The notes under the pieces: generated by a model | What the model was told of the DNA's origin: nothing | Database searches by the model: none | What the model saw: the letters and a program-made list of their open reading frames with translations, nothing else | Position numbers and translations under genes: made by a program | Assembly: GCA_951406725.2 (NCBI GenBank) | Contig: OX597817.1 | Location: 120,962,001-121,026,000 of the forward strand | Source of the DNA: Octopus vulgaris | Lineage: Eukaryota | DNA length: 64,000 nt | Reading direction: 5' to 3' | Shown here: positions 25,119 through 37,862 of the stretch, one piece after another | Layout of the letters: every line of letters begins with the position of its first letter | Position numbering within the stretch: position 1 is the stretch's first letter

Positions 25119-25555
25119 TGCCATAATTTTGCCATAAGCAGTTTTGGAGGAGGTAATGAGTTGATTACATTGAGCCCAGTATTCAACTGGTACATATTTT
25201 ATCAACCCCTAAAGTTTGAAAAGCAAAGTGGACCTTGGTGGAATTTGAACTCAGAATGTAGTGACAAGCATTTTGCCTGGTATGCTAATGATTCTGCCAG
25301 TTCACCACCTGAATAATAATAATAATAATAATTCTACTTCTAGCACAAGGTTAGCAGTTAAAAGGGGCAGAGGCAAGTCAACCACATCAAGTCCAGTACT
25401 TGACTGGTACTTTATTTTATTGACCCCCAAAAAAGGATGATAGGCAAAGTCAACCTTGTAAGAATTTGAACTTAGACAGTGATGAGTCGGAAGAAACACT
25501 ACAAAACATTTTGTCCAATGTGCTTAACAAGTCTATCAGCTCACCACATTAATAA
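24345..25555 (-). mobile_element. Head-to-tail cluster of about 6 Meta-type SINE copies or fragments, several separated by (TAA)n
   Basis: Repeated aaggcaaagt..acc...gaatttgaactcag and attctgccag.tcaccacct motifs, all in the same orientation. Confidence 0.85.
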
Positions 25556-25585
25556 TGATAATAATAACAGTGATGATGATGATGG

Positions 25586-25622
<37 letters not shown>

Positions 25623-25678
25623 ATTTCCTGATAATTTAATTGGCATCATAATTTGTCACCATTTATTTCATTTTATTT

Positions 25679-25709
<31 letters not shown>

Positions 25710-25719
25710 CACACAATCA

Positions 25720-26200
25720 TGTTCTCATGCAAGGAGCAGCTTGCATAGAGCTTGGTGTAATCTACTTATTGCTGGGACAAGAATCAAGCTGAATTGACCT
25801 TCGTATTTGTTAACGTTGCACTCAGAACAGGATATTCTTTGATCGTTTCTCCTTTCATTTGACTTTCTTTTATTGGAGCCCCCTTTTCAACGAGCAGAAG
25901 GTGTTACAAGTGAAACACTTGCAAGCTGTGTCGACTAATTGTAGCCTATTATCACCTTGAATAGCAAGTCAATTGTAAATGTTAAAGAAGTTGATTCACC
26001 CACCACCGACCGAGCATTTCACAGCTACTAATGGATATTTTACTATAGTGGCTAAGTTTGTTGCTTTCGTTTTCTACAAAGTCTACTAAATTGCCGTAGT
26101 TATTAGCTGTTTCCGTATCATTTAGAAGTGCTGATTGCAACAGAATAACGCATTTAACATCAGTATTCTGCTGTGTAGACATCATTAATGAAAAGCTGGA
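25720..26200. promoter_or_regulatory. Unique CpG-retaining segment (candidate promoter, conserved element or exon)
   Basis: 11 CpGs counted in 25801-26150, no recognised repeat; minus-strand acceptor tacttccag|26195 and weak donor 26000|gtgaat bracket an open frame. Confidence 0.35.
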
Positions 26201-26844
26201 AGTAATAATGCTTGCATTGTTTGGTTTTTCTCTGCTAATAATATAGTTTAAGCATGTACTAATTAATGTGGGGAGAAAATAGATGATAACAGTTTTTTTT
26301 GTCCTTAGTTCTACTCAATGAAATTTTTAAAATAAATTGAAGAAAAATATTGGTTCATATTAGAACATTGATCTCTAATATAGGTGCAAAGGCCATAATT
26401 TTGTGTTTTTTTCTTCTTTTTACCAGTTTAATCAGTAACAGTTCATAACTGGTACTTATTGACTCATTACAAAGAAATGTTGCACTAAATCATCCCCAGT
26501 GAGGTTTACAACTCTAATATAGTAAGAGAAAGAAATGGAGTGGGAGGAAGGGACAGAGAAAGAGAGAGAGTTGGGGAAAGAGAATTAAAGTTGAGAAAGG
26601 CATTTAGTTTGGTGCTCTCTGAAATCTACCACTCTTCCACCTTCAGATTAGGGTTCCATAGTTTTGGTAAGATGACATATTTAACAGTTCTCCCTTGTAT
26701 TGTCTTTGTAGTAGATTAGCAAATAATGTAACAACTCTGCATTACCCTCTGGGACTTCACTGGGGTTAAAAGTAGATCTGAAGAAGATTTCACACAATTA
26801 CATATAGAAGTGTGACATGAGCAAATCCAAAGACTTAACCTTCA

Positions 26845-26902
<58 letters not shown>

Positions 26903-27102
26903 ATACTACGTGTGTGTGTATGTGTTAGTGTCTCCTTGTGCTAACATTGTACAATAGTTGTAAGCAATGGTCACCATCATACAAGCAGAGTCACTCATTT
27001 CCAGTTTTCCATGAAACATGTATAAGCATATTTGGCCATAAAAAGAGCCTGCCTCATTCAATTTCAACTGACATCTAGAGGCATGGAAATGTGGACATTT
27101 AA

Positions 27103-27323
27103 CCCTTTCGTTACCATATTTATTTTGAGATGTTCTGTGTGTTATTCAATTAATTGTAAATATAACAAAGAATCTAGTAAAATAACTTAGTTATCATTAA
27201 ACTACTGTTAGGAACATAAATTGTGAGTAAGGTTTGGTGGGAGACTTTAATTCAAAACTTATGAAAATAAGACATTTGTACTCAGAACCAGAGCCAGTTT
27301 CAGCCGGGTTGATATTGAAAGGG
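27103..27323. mobile_element. Complete piggyBac-type MITE with TTAA target duplication
   Basis: TTAA 27099-27102 and 27324-27327; TIR CCCTTTCGTTACCA / CCCTTTCAATATCA; splits a SINE tail (gtggacat-TTAA-acaatgatga). Confidence 0.92.
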
Positions 27324-28869
27324 TTAAACAATGATGATAGTGATGATTATGATGAAGATGATGGTGACAATCATGACGAAGACAATGATGATGGTGATGA
27401 CGAAAACAATGATGATAATGGTGATGACGATGATGATGATGATACTACAATAATAACCAAAACAAATGCACATGAACTATTAACTTCAGTTTCTCATTGT
27501 TATAATTTGTTTATAATTCAGAAGCTTTTCTCCTTTGAGAGAAATATAAGATAATTTTAAACACATAACAGAACTTCATGTAATGATTTAATAAACTTTC
27601 CAAGTCACAAGCTTTAACTAACTTATTAGTTAGAAATGCAGTTCTGTCATTCATAATATTTCTTGATAAGTTAAAGATTTCAAAGAACAAATTTCAATAA
27701 GAAAATATTGATTACAGATGTAAATGTTAACGATTTCAGCACACTCAGCTAAGCACATAATTACACACCTGAAAAATACATACATTACACACACTTTCTT
27801 GCACATTCTCACAAATATGCATGCATACATGCATACATACATACATACATATATACGTACATACATACATACATACACACATAGAGATTAAGTAAAATAT
27901 TTTATTGGGATATTCAAAAATTGATCTTTTGTCATAAAAGAAAGTATTTTGTTAATGCTTAGGTCAAATGTGTTTTAGAATAAAGAATATTTCAAGTCAA
28001 GCCAGAACAATTTTGTATCCAATAAATATGTATAGATTAGCATATGTTTTACACTTTCTCCTTCCTTATTAAATTCTTTCTATATATCTATTTATATATC
28101 TATCTATATAAATCCTTCTCTCTCTTTTCTTCTTTCAGATCACTTCAGTCCTACCATCATCTTATTTGTTTTTTATTTAAAAAATACAAATCTTGTTGTC
28201 CCTAAATTACAAAACAGTAATTTTATTGATTTGTGTTAAGTGCTAGCTGTTATAAACAGAATATTGTATGTCTGACTACTTTTAGAGTCAGTCTAGATAT
28301 TTTTAATGGTATTTTGAAGGCTATTGTACATTTTACATTGACTGTTTTCAATATTTTCAACCAATAAACCCAATTGCATAGCATGAAAATCAAACAAGAT
28401 TCTATCAAGATTTGCCTAGAAGCAGTTGCTTATCCTGTTTTCTTGCAGCAAATCTATTTTCAACTCCTAAACATTCACATTCCTTGTGCCCAGATGGATT
28501 ATAACCTTATTGTTATCTAACAAATCACCATATGTATTTAATGAAGGAACAAAATTTCTACTTTGAATCACTGTTCGTATTAAGAACATAAGATTCCTTA
28601 CCATAGCTTTTCATGCAGCATTCTAGTATTATTTCCCACTTTTTCCTCAAGAAGTTGTTAAGTAACTTGGCATGTTAGAATTTACTAATATGCCAGAATT
28701 AATCTATACAATGTTGAAAAACAACTTAGCAAAACACTATTTCTTGTTGCTTTGACTGTCTCCCTTAACATAATGCAGATGATGTTTGAGAATAATTTAA
28801 TTTTTCTTTGGTTCTTTTCCTCTGCATCAACAAATATACATATTTTTGTTTTTATATTTTCTTATTGAT

Positions 28870-29121
28870 TCAATAGCTAATACTTCAACAAGTTATATTA
28901 AGTCTACCCCTCTGCTAAAAAGTTTCACCAAGAATGAAACATGTCTGAAGTAGTCTCGTGTGAATGACATTTCAGACTGTTTTCATTTCTCATTAATTCT
29001 CTTTCACTACACCATCAAATATAGATTTCTGTATGTTTACTTCGTGATTTGATGGTTAATACTTCAAAAAGTTATGGTAAGTCTACACCTCCACTCAAAA
29101 ATTCCATCAAGAAAGAAACAT
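28870..29121. repeat. Roughly 70-bp direct repeat (about 180-bp period) with a 60-nt hairpin after the first copy
   Basis: taatacttcaa.aagttat..taagtctac.cct...caagaa.gaaacat at about 28878 and 29057. Confidence 0.8.
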
Positions 29122-29319
29122 AGTAAATTATAATATTGGTCATTTACCAATATTATTCCTCATTTACTCTATAGCAGATCTGACTTTCTTTAATGTTACT
29201 AACATTAAACATGTCTTTTGCAGACTATTAGTCTCATTTTCAGAGATAGAAATTTGTACGTAGTTCTAAAGTATACATAGTCCAAGAGGACATTCACATT
29301 CAGAACTAATATTACCAAA

Positions 29320-29645
29320 TTCCATCCATCCATTTTTTCCTGGAGAATCTTGTGGGTGGAATCCTCAGGCACTCTCCCCACAGGTTCTATCAGAAGCAAC
29401 AGTCATTAGACTGGATCCCCAAGCACGACCATCAAACACTATGAATATTATCCAGCCATCTCATTCTTGGTCTATCTCTAGGTCTCCTGCCAGTTGGCTT
29501 AACTTGAAGAATCTGTCTTGTGAGTCTTTCCTACCACATTCTAACTATGTTTCCATAGTACCATGGCTGTGAACTCTTAATGCAGAGAAGTAGCAACTCA
29601 ACCTGGAGAAACTCCCTGATCTCTAAGCTTTGCACCCTGTCCAAT
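29320..29645 (-). mobile_element. RTE-clade LINE 3' end with (GATG)n tail
   Basis: LDRVQSLEIREFLQVELLLL...YGNIVRM...KPTGRRPRDRPRMRWLDNI. Confidence 0.88.
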
Positions 29646-30004
29646 ATTTCTAAATTATAAATTCAAAATAATTTTCTTATTAGTTGAGTCACTAGGCACA
29701 AGACATTTACTGAAGTCTTCATTAGTTTATTAGAGTAGTCAGATAATTACTCAACTGAATTAAATCATTCAGTTAGTAGCTGAATATTCCACTGACATGT
29801 ATACCCATAATGCAATTATCAGGTCAAATCAGCATGATAGAGTATGTGAAATAACTGGACCTTTGAATTACAAAAAGAATCCATTTGATAGGCTCCCATA
29901 CAGTTTTCATTTACCCAATTTTATTGAAAAGTTAAGGCTTTGGTAAAAGACATTTTGCAGATGCCATGTAGTACGATTGAACTTAGAAGCTCATGATTGC
30001 AAAG

Positions 30005-30700
30005 ATGTTTTTTTTTTCTTCTAGCACTGACTTAAGCCACTCAAGCTGCTTGCTCCTTTCTTATCATTTGGTTTGGGTTTAGAAGTTCAAAGTGGATTAA
30101 ACATTTCATATCCTACCAAACAGATAACAACACCCTACGTGGTGAAGACCACCTTTAGCCTTGGGTGCCAGCATTTCTCCTTTCCCTACCCACTGTCTTC
30201 AGCACTTAACATTTTTATAGAGAACCCATTTCTCGTCACCAGTCACTATTCGGTCCAAAAACCATTCATTCATGAGATGTGATATCATTAAACTTTGAAA
30301 ATTTGTGAGGAACCCATTGACCCAATTTGTTGACTTTTCAGATGGCACAGGTGTCGATGAATGGTTGAATGACCAAATCCCAACTTCTCTGCTAGTTGCT
30401 CAACAGTTACAATGGGGTTTTGTGCCATCAGGGTTTGCAGGACATCCTTGTCAAGCTCTACAGATCTCCCAGGATGAGGCTCTTCTTCTATTCCCAGTTC
30501 AGAATTTCTGGGAACCACCATTGACACTGGCTTACATTTATTGTCCTATCCCCAAACACTGCATTAATATTACTTGCACTTTCTTATTGAACTCAAAAAG
30601 CAAAATATGCCGAATATGCTCCTTTGTCACTTCCATTTCAGCTTTGAAAAAATAACTGTTACAATCAAACTGCACCCTTCAAATCTTGCACTAAGTACAT
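30005..30700 (-). pseudogene. Decayed mariner transposase (HTH and start of the catalytic domain)
   Basis: ATG at 30636: MEVTKEHIRHILLFEFNK...CQWWF, EEEPHPGRSVELDKDVLQTLMAQNPIVTVEQLAEKLGFGHSTIHRHL, WVPHK, VTGDEKWVLY, PKAKGGLH; several frameshifts. Confidence 0.93.
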
Positions 30701-30714
30701 GGTAAAAAAGCAAG

Positions 30715-30930
30715 AGACCAACAAAACTCCTTGTAACACTAAAGATGAACTGAAGGCAAGGATTATGGCAGCATTTACCAATTTAAACAAGGAGACCATC
30801 CAGAAGAGTTGCGGGATATTCCAAAGTTGACTGGAGGCCATGGTTGAAGCCAATGGAGATTTTATGAAATAAATTTACTCTTTAGTACTTCAAGATATTT
30901 TTATGTAATTTTGGTAAATATATCTGTTGC
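30715..30930 (+). pseudogene. C-terminus of a second Tc1/mariner-superfamily transposase
   Basis: ETNKTPCNTKDELKARIMAAFTNLNKETIQKSCGIFQS*LEAMVEANGDFMK*, the typical LKxxI...RLEAVVEANG C-terminus. Confidence 0.82.
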
Positions 30931-31001
30931 ATAATTTAGACAATAGTTTATTTGCTGCACATTATATATATATATATATACATACATACATACATATATA
31001 T

Positions 31002-31032
<31 letters not shown>

Positions 31033-32624
31033 CATACATACATACATACATATATATATACATACATACATACATATATATATACATATATATGTATGTA
31101 TTTAGGCTAAATGCTTTCATGCTGTAGTTACATATGTATACAATTATGTGCTTTAACTACAGCATGAGAGCATTTTAACTCTTATTTCTAGCAATGAAGG
31201 TGTACTAACACCCTTGTTGCATTTAGTGACATTTATAGTTTTTCTTTTTTCGTAACACATTGTGCATGGCTGTTTATATTAATTTTTACTCACACACAGA
31301 TACACAAACACACACACACACACATGTGCACACATACGTATACACATATATGTGTTGAAATAAAAGAAAATATGAATGAGAACCAAAACATAGGGTGACA
31401 ACAGTAGAGAATAGTGGGAGGAAAGGGGTAAAAAAAGAAAGAACAAGAGTGACAATAGTGAGAGAGTTAGAGCAAGAAAGAGACAAGGACATATGTTTTG
31501 GGGTTTTTTTCCTTAGTTTTGCTAGAAAAGTCTCATCTTTATCTTTGTTTTCCTTTTTTCTCCTCTTTTTTTTTGTATCTATTTTGTTTTGTTGTTGAAG
31601 GGTATTTCTTGTCAAATTAAGTAATAATTCGCCTATTGAAATGTAATAAACATAGAGCAAGATGTTAGCTGGTGGGTGGAAATTGAGTAATTATGACATA
31701 TGTCATATTGATTTTCTTTTTGTTTTTTTTTTTTGGTTATTTTGTCTTCATTGCATTCAGTTCTAAGACTATTTCTAATATTCAATATATATACACACAC
31801 ACACACATTTTATATATTCATATACATGTATATACATTTTATATATGTATATATATATATATGTGCTTGTGTGTGTGTATCAATGTGTGTATATATATAT
31901 ATGTACGTATATATATGTGTGTGCGTGTATGTATATATATATATATATATTCATATACATTGCAATGACATATCATATATATATATATATATATACATAC
32001 AAAGAGAGAGAACAAGAGATAGATAAAGATAAAGAGAGAGATGCACACACACACTCATACATATAAAAATATAGTCATATACACTCAACACACACATACA
32101 AACACATACATATGTGCATACATTTATTTTTCCTTTTGATTAGCTTTATTGATAGGTGAGACACACGACATAGTAATTCTTATGATTCATTGAGAATTTC
32201 CAAGACATCTAATAATGATTATATTGGGTAGCAGAATTAGTAAGAGACATCTAACAATTATATAAGTAGCAAAATTGATATAAAACCCAAACAAAATGCC
32301 TCATATCATCTCCTCTTCCTGAGATCATATCTGGCCAAAATCAACTTCATCATTCATGTATGCAAGTTCCTTTTTCCCCATCATAAATATGTGTTCTTGT
32401 GTCTTGTGCCTATACTGGAAGCCATTAAGGTTCCTTGAATTACTCAAGGTAGCAACCCCTACCCATTTTGGAACACCTCATTGTACTCAGTGAAAATAGT
32501 ATACATTGTACATGGAGCTGTATGTTAAGAATGGTTTCCAAAGATGCCATTATTTTACTTAGCAGTGTTCTGTTGCCAGTGATAATGTCTTTGGATATAC
32601 CCATGCCACACTTCTAGCAATAGC

Positions 32625-33058
32625 CATCCATCCATCCATCCATTTTCTTCACTTACTATTCCTGTTAGAATCATGGTGGTAGAGTCTTCAGGTACCTTGT
32701 CTATAGGATATTATCAGAAGCAACCTTCATTTGATTTTTTGGTTGCATTACCAGGCACGACCAACTGAGACTGATGGATATTATCCAGCCATTTCCTTCT
32801 TGGACTACCCCAGTTCTCTTGCTCATTGGCTCAGCTTAAAGAGTTCAACTTGTGATCCTTTCCTATGACATTCTAACGACATGCCTTTAGCACTGGGGCT
32901 GTGACCTTTTAATACATAGAAGTAGCTGTTCAATCTGTAGAAACTCCTTGACCTCCAAGCTGCATAAGCTACAACCTGCCAGGGTTCCTTTGGAAGAAAT
33001 CCATTTTAGCCACTTGTACCTGTGATATGATTTTGGTCCCTACCCAGCATTACTCTAG
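32625..33058 (-). mobile_element. RTE-clade LINE 3' end, same family as 29320-29645
   Basis: Shared atattatccagccat, acattctaac and agaagtagc motifs and (GATG)n tail. Confidence 0.85.
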
Positions 33059-33060
33059 TA

Positions 33061-33243
33061 ATCATCATCATTATCACTTAATGTCTGTTGTCCATGCTGG
33101 CATGGGTTGGACGGTTTGACCATAACTGGCAAGCTGGGGAGTTGCACCAGACTCCATTCTGATTTGGCGTGATCTTTACAGCTGGATGCTGCCCCTAATG
33201 CTAACCACAGAGTGTGCTGGAAGTTTTTACATCGTACTGCACT
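33061..33243 (-). mobile_element. (GAT)n-tailed SINE/LINE 3' end (family E); copies about 4640-4840, 33730-33835, 43555-43740, 51950-52082, 53340-53475
   Basis: catcatttaacgtc...tccatgctggcatgggttggacgg and aggaagggcatccagctgtagaaa motifs. Confidence 0.8.
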
Positions 33244-33687
33244 TATGTGGTAATATTATTTATTAATTCATTCTAAGCTTCCCTTTTACTTCAGCTTTGG
33301 AAAGTGAATATGTATTTATTATTGGTTTCAGTTATTAAAGCACTACTATTCTGAGGTATCATCATCAAGGGTTTTAACTGGCCTTAATAACCCAAGTTCT
33401 CATTTGTCTCAGGTAAATATTTTAAGAATTTCTGTTTGTTAAATGGCTAAGTTGTGTTTTAAACAAATAAACATATATGACCGGTATCTGCACAATTTAC
33501 ATCTACTAAATTCCACTTAAAAGGTATTATCTAACCCTAGGTTATAGAAGAAATTTGCTCTAGGTCTTGCACAGTGAAATCCCACCCAGAATATGTAGCT
33601 GTAAAGCAAACTTCTTAATCCCTCTTTTCATTTTATATGCATACATAGGTACATAACTTCATACAAAGATACGTACATACATACATC

Positions 33688-33727
<40 letters not shown>

Positions 33728-34459
33728 GTGTTTGGCGTTAGGAAGGGCATCCAGCTGTAGAAACACTGCCAGATCAGACTGGAGCCTGGTCCAACCCATG
33801 CTAGCAGGGAAAACGGATGTTAAATGATGATGATGGTATGAAGATATATGACTTTGTGGTTAGGGCATTTGGCTCACAACTGTAAGATTGCAAGTCTGAT
33901 TACATATGTGTGCACGTGTGTGTGTGTATGTATGTATTTACAAATGCTGAAAATTTCAGTGGTTGTAAATGTATGCCTAAGTTCCTTTTGAAGAACTGGA
34001 AAATTGATTGCACTAATACCTGATTAACTTGTCACTGTTATTTCCAGTCTTATAATCTAAGGGAGATAACTCTTTTACCTTTTTACTTATTCCTGATTAC
34101 CTTTTCCATTTCTGTTTTTTCAACCTTTCATGTTTTCTGTATACTTCCTCACGCCTTTTTGAGTTTGTTCTCTCTTTCAATTTTTAGTTTTTATGGTATG
34201 TGGTTTGTGCCTGATAACTGTGTGGAAATGTTACACATATAATAATTCATTATTTGGCATGTTCTCAGCATAAGAAACTATTAGTAGCACATACAAATAT
34301 GTATTGTGTCTATTAAGTAATTATATGTGGATGTATGTGTATGTGTATGTATGTGTGTATACATAGGTACATATACACACATATACATATGTGTGTGTGT
34401 GTGTGTGAGAGAGTGTGTGTACATATAGCTACATGAACATCTATCTGTATATATGTTGG

Positions 34460-34799
34460 GTCAGACCCCCTTTGGTCACGACACTGACCATGGGATTGCA
34501 CCTAGAAAGTTACCCTCCTAGTCACAAGTCTGGGTAAGGTGGTTTATGGAAGACCAGCAGTCGCCCATGCATACTGGCCTCCCCTCTGCACACCACCAGT
34601 GTTATCCAAGGGAAAGGCAGCAGCCGATACAACTTGGCACCCGTGACATCACAGCTCATTTCTACAGCTGAGTTAACTGGAGCAACGTGAAATAAAGTGT
34701 CTTGCTCAAGAACACAACATACAGCCCGGTCCAGGATTCGAGCTCACAACCTCACGATTATAAGTTCGATGCTCTAACCACTGAGCCATGTGCCTTCAC
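34460..34799 (-). mobile_element. CORE-SINE family C, full length with TSD
   Basis: TSD ATCTGTATATATGT(T/A)GG at 34443-34459 and 34800-34816; A box tggctcagtgg, B box gctcgaatcc, cttgagcaagacacttta core. Confidence 0.93.
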
Positions 34800-36554
34800 A
34801 TCTGTATATATGTAGGTAGATAGATATATGGCTTCTACTGATTAGAATTCTGTAATTCTGTAGGGGGGCCCTACCATTGTTAAATCAAGATTGAGCTTTA
34901 GATTTTAATGGATGCAGGGAAGTCAGATAACAATAACTCTGCATTGGCTTAATAATAAAATCCGTAAGTTGGTCATCCTAAGCAACCTTTACATGTTAAA
35001 ATATTTATTCAGTAATGAGATAGATTATACTGAGATAAGGATTATGCAGTCATTTAGCATAAATGCACAGAAGAATGATAAGTTGTAGAAAGATATAATA
35101 AGCCTTTGCAAAATATTCAAGCTTATTATCTATAGAAGAATAAATTTTGACTGAAAATTCCTTATATATCACTTCAGACTATTTCGAACTATATTAACCA
35201 TATGAAAATTACTTAAGCAGCTTAGCTATCTTAAGAATGTAAATAATGAATGTAATACAGATTATACGCCTATTGTAATGGAAACCTTTGACCATGCTGA
35301 ACAGATCTACCATATCAACTTAGAGAATAGTGAATATAATGACAAAATTCTTTCAAAAGCAATAAGCAGCATCCAAGGAAAGGAAATATAAACACATTTA
35401 ACCCTTTTTTGAAAGTAATTTTGCAGTAAAAGTCAAAAAAACAAACTCAAACAATGATGACTTAGGCCTCACTCACACAGAAATATGACCAGGCAGCATG
35501 TGCACTGCTTTTGCTGAATGTTTTAGGAGCCTATGTGGTCATGTGCAGAGACAGAAGCACTGTTGGCCCTCTCACCATTGAGTCCAGCGAAATATTAGGG
35601 AATGGAGTGAAAGAGAGCTGCACTAGTGCTAGGTCCCATATTATTTTCTGCTGGATAAAACCAGAATAATGTAAAATGTGTCCTTACTCAAGGACACAAT
35701 TTATTACCCAGTCCAGGAATTGAACTCATGACGTTATAACTGGAAAAAAAAATAATAATAAAACCAAATGTTTTTATTGGATTCTGAATTGATGTTGAAA
35801 TTCATTGTTAGTGATTTGAATTATATTGTGTTAAATTCCATAGCTTCAACACAGTGGAAACAGCTAAGAAAAAATAATGTTGGACTAAATAGTGTTAGTG
35901 TAATTAGCTTCATCTATCACGATTCATGACTGGAAACTCTGTTGGTGGTCAACTTTACATATCGTTTCTCCAGAATTGATTAAATTTTCCAATCGATTCA
36001 GCAGTTTTTGCTCTCTAGATGGATGAAGTCCTTAACATACTATTTCTAGTTTCTCTGTGCTAGAGGTAGTAGGCCTTGCTGTTGACACTGGCCTATTACA
36101 GGTTAGACTGGGTGCTTCCTCGGTTACGTGAATGGCTGTGATCATTAACATCAAAGTAGAATGTGAACTCAGAACAAAAGTAGCTAAAACAAATACTACA
36201 ATGCATTTAGACCAATGCTCTAACAATTGTGCCAGTCCACTGCCTTCGATTGGTAATTTAGTTAACAAACCTGGAAGAATGAAAGGTAACGTTGGCACCT
36301 TAGCACTATTTGTAATTAGTGCATAGGGGTCTGAATAATTACCACAGAGCATTCACTTTGATGCTCTAATGACTCTGCTAATTCACTATTATCTAATAAA
36401 AATAATTAAATCACTTGGCTGCACCCCATGAGCAGTAACCCCTGATTTATACTCGCTGGGATGTATCCAGCACCTTACAAAGAGGAAAAATATTACAATC
36501 GACAGTGTTTTGTATCCGAAGCAAAATTAATTTCATTTCATTATAGCAGTTATC

Positions 36555-36770
36555 AAGGTGAGCTGACTGAATTGTTAGAGCAAGGCAAAAATATGTCCTT
36601 CTCTGTCAGTTTTCTTCTGACTTATCACATTCTGAATTCAAATCTTGCCAAAGTTAACTACACCTTGCATCCTTTCAAGGGTGATAAAATAAAGTATCAA
36701 GTTTGATGTGGTCTAAGTACTCCATCCCTTTAAAACTGCTGATTTTGAGCCTAAATTAGGAAGAATTATA
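36555..36770 (+). mobile_element. Meta-type SINE (family B)
   Basis: aaggtgagctgactgaa...ccttgcatcctttcaagggtgataaaataaagtatc. Confidence 0.8.
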
Positions 36771-37399
36771 CCAAATATTATTCTGATTGTTGCTTTCATA
36801 GTGCACTGTAGAACTCAGTGGAGATACCATGACCTGGAAAGAGTTTAAGATTCACTACGCTTGTTGATATCTATGTAAGACTGCATTCTTCGAAAAGTTA
36901 GGAAGCTTTGTAAAACTATAAATAAGCTGACATACCATGATATTTAACTTCAAAGTGGTTGTCAGTTTTAAAAAGAGGCAATCACATGGAGAAAACAGTC
37001 AATTTTATTCTTGACTAAATAAATAAATCTGCTTAAAAGAAGATACTATCCCTCAACTGAGCAATACAACTTTTGCTGTGCTGCAAACCTGGGTTTTATA
37101 CTGCAATGATTGGTGTCAAAGAATAGAATTGTCAGCATTGGAAAAGTATATTGTCAAAGCATTTATGTACATTTATGTTTATTTAAAGCTTACTTTGTCA
37201 GCTGAAAGAATACAAAAGAGAGAGAGAGAATGAGAACTAAACTGGAAGACCCATCATTTTCACCCAGTAGTTTCTCAGTACTAAGAACATATTATATACT
37301 CCCTTTGAGTTTCCTATATCTGTTCTGTTGCCACTGCCTATAAACACCTGTTGACTAATAATTCTCTCTTTCTCTCTCTCTAAATATATATATATATAG

Positions 37400-37692
37400 G
37401 ACCACAGGTAAAAAATTTGGTTCTGGGTTTAGACCCACTGCATGGTTGAAAGAAGCTCATCATATATGTGTGTGTGAGTCTTTGCATCTGTGTTTGTTCC
37501 CCATCACCATTTGATAACTGGTTTTGGTGTGTTTCTGTCCCCATAACTTAGCAGTTCAGCAAAAGAGATTGGTAGAATAAGTTCCAGACTTAAGAAAAGA
37601 ATAATTAGTACTGGGCTTGATTTGTTTAACTAAAATTCTTCAGTGTGATACCCCAGCATGGCAGTGGTCTAATGACTGAAACAAGTAAAAGA
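37400..37692 (+). mobile_element. CORE-SINE family A, internally deleted
   Basis: gggtttagacccactgcatgg...ccataacttagcagttcagcaaaagaga...aatgactgaaacaagtaaaaga. Confidence 0.85.
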
Positions 37693-37757
37693 TATATGTT
37701 TCATATATATATATATATATATATGTCATATATATATATATATATAACATATATTAT

Positions 37758-37797
<40 letters not shown>

Positions 37798-37807
37798 CAT
37801 ATATTAT

Positions 37808-37862
<55 letters not shown>

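Noticed and set aside
24345-25555. CRISPR-like repeat-spacer array
   Set aside because: Units are roughly 200-bp SINEs and TAA microsatellites in eukaryotic DNA; no constant short repeat and no cas genes.
27234-27554. Asp-rich 106-aa ORF
   Set aside because: Built from a MITE end plus an expanded (GAT)n SINE tail; no ATG start.
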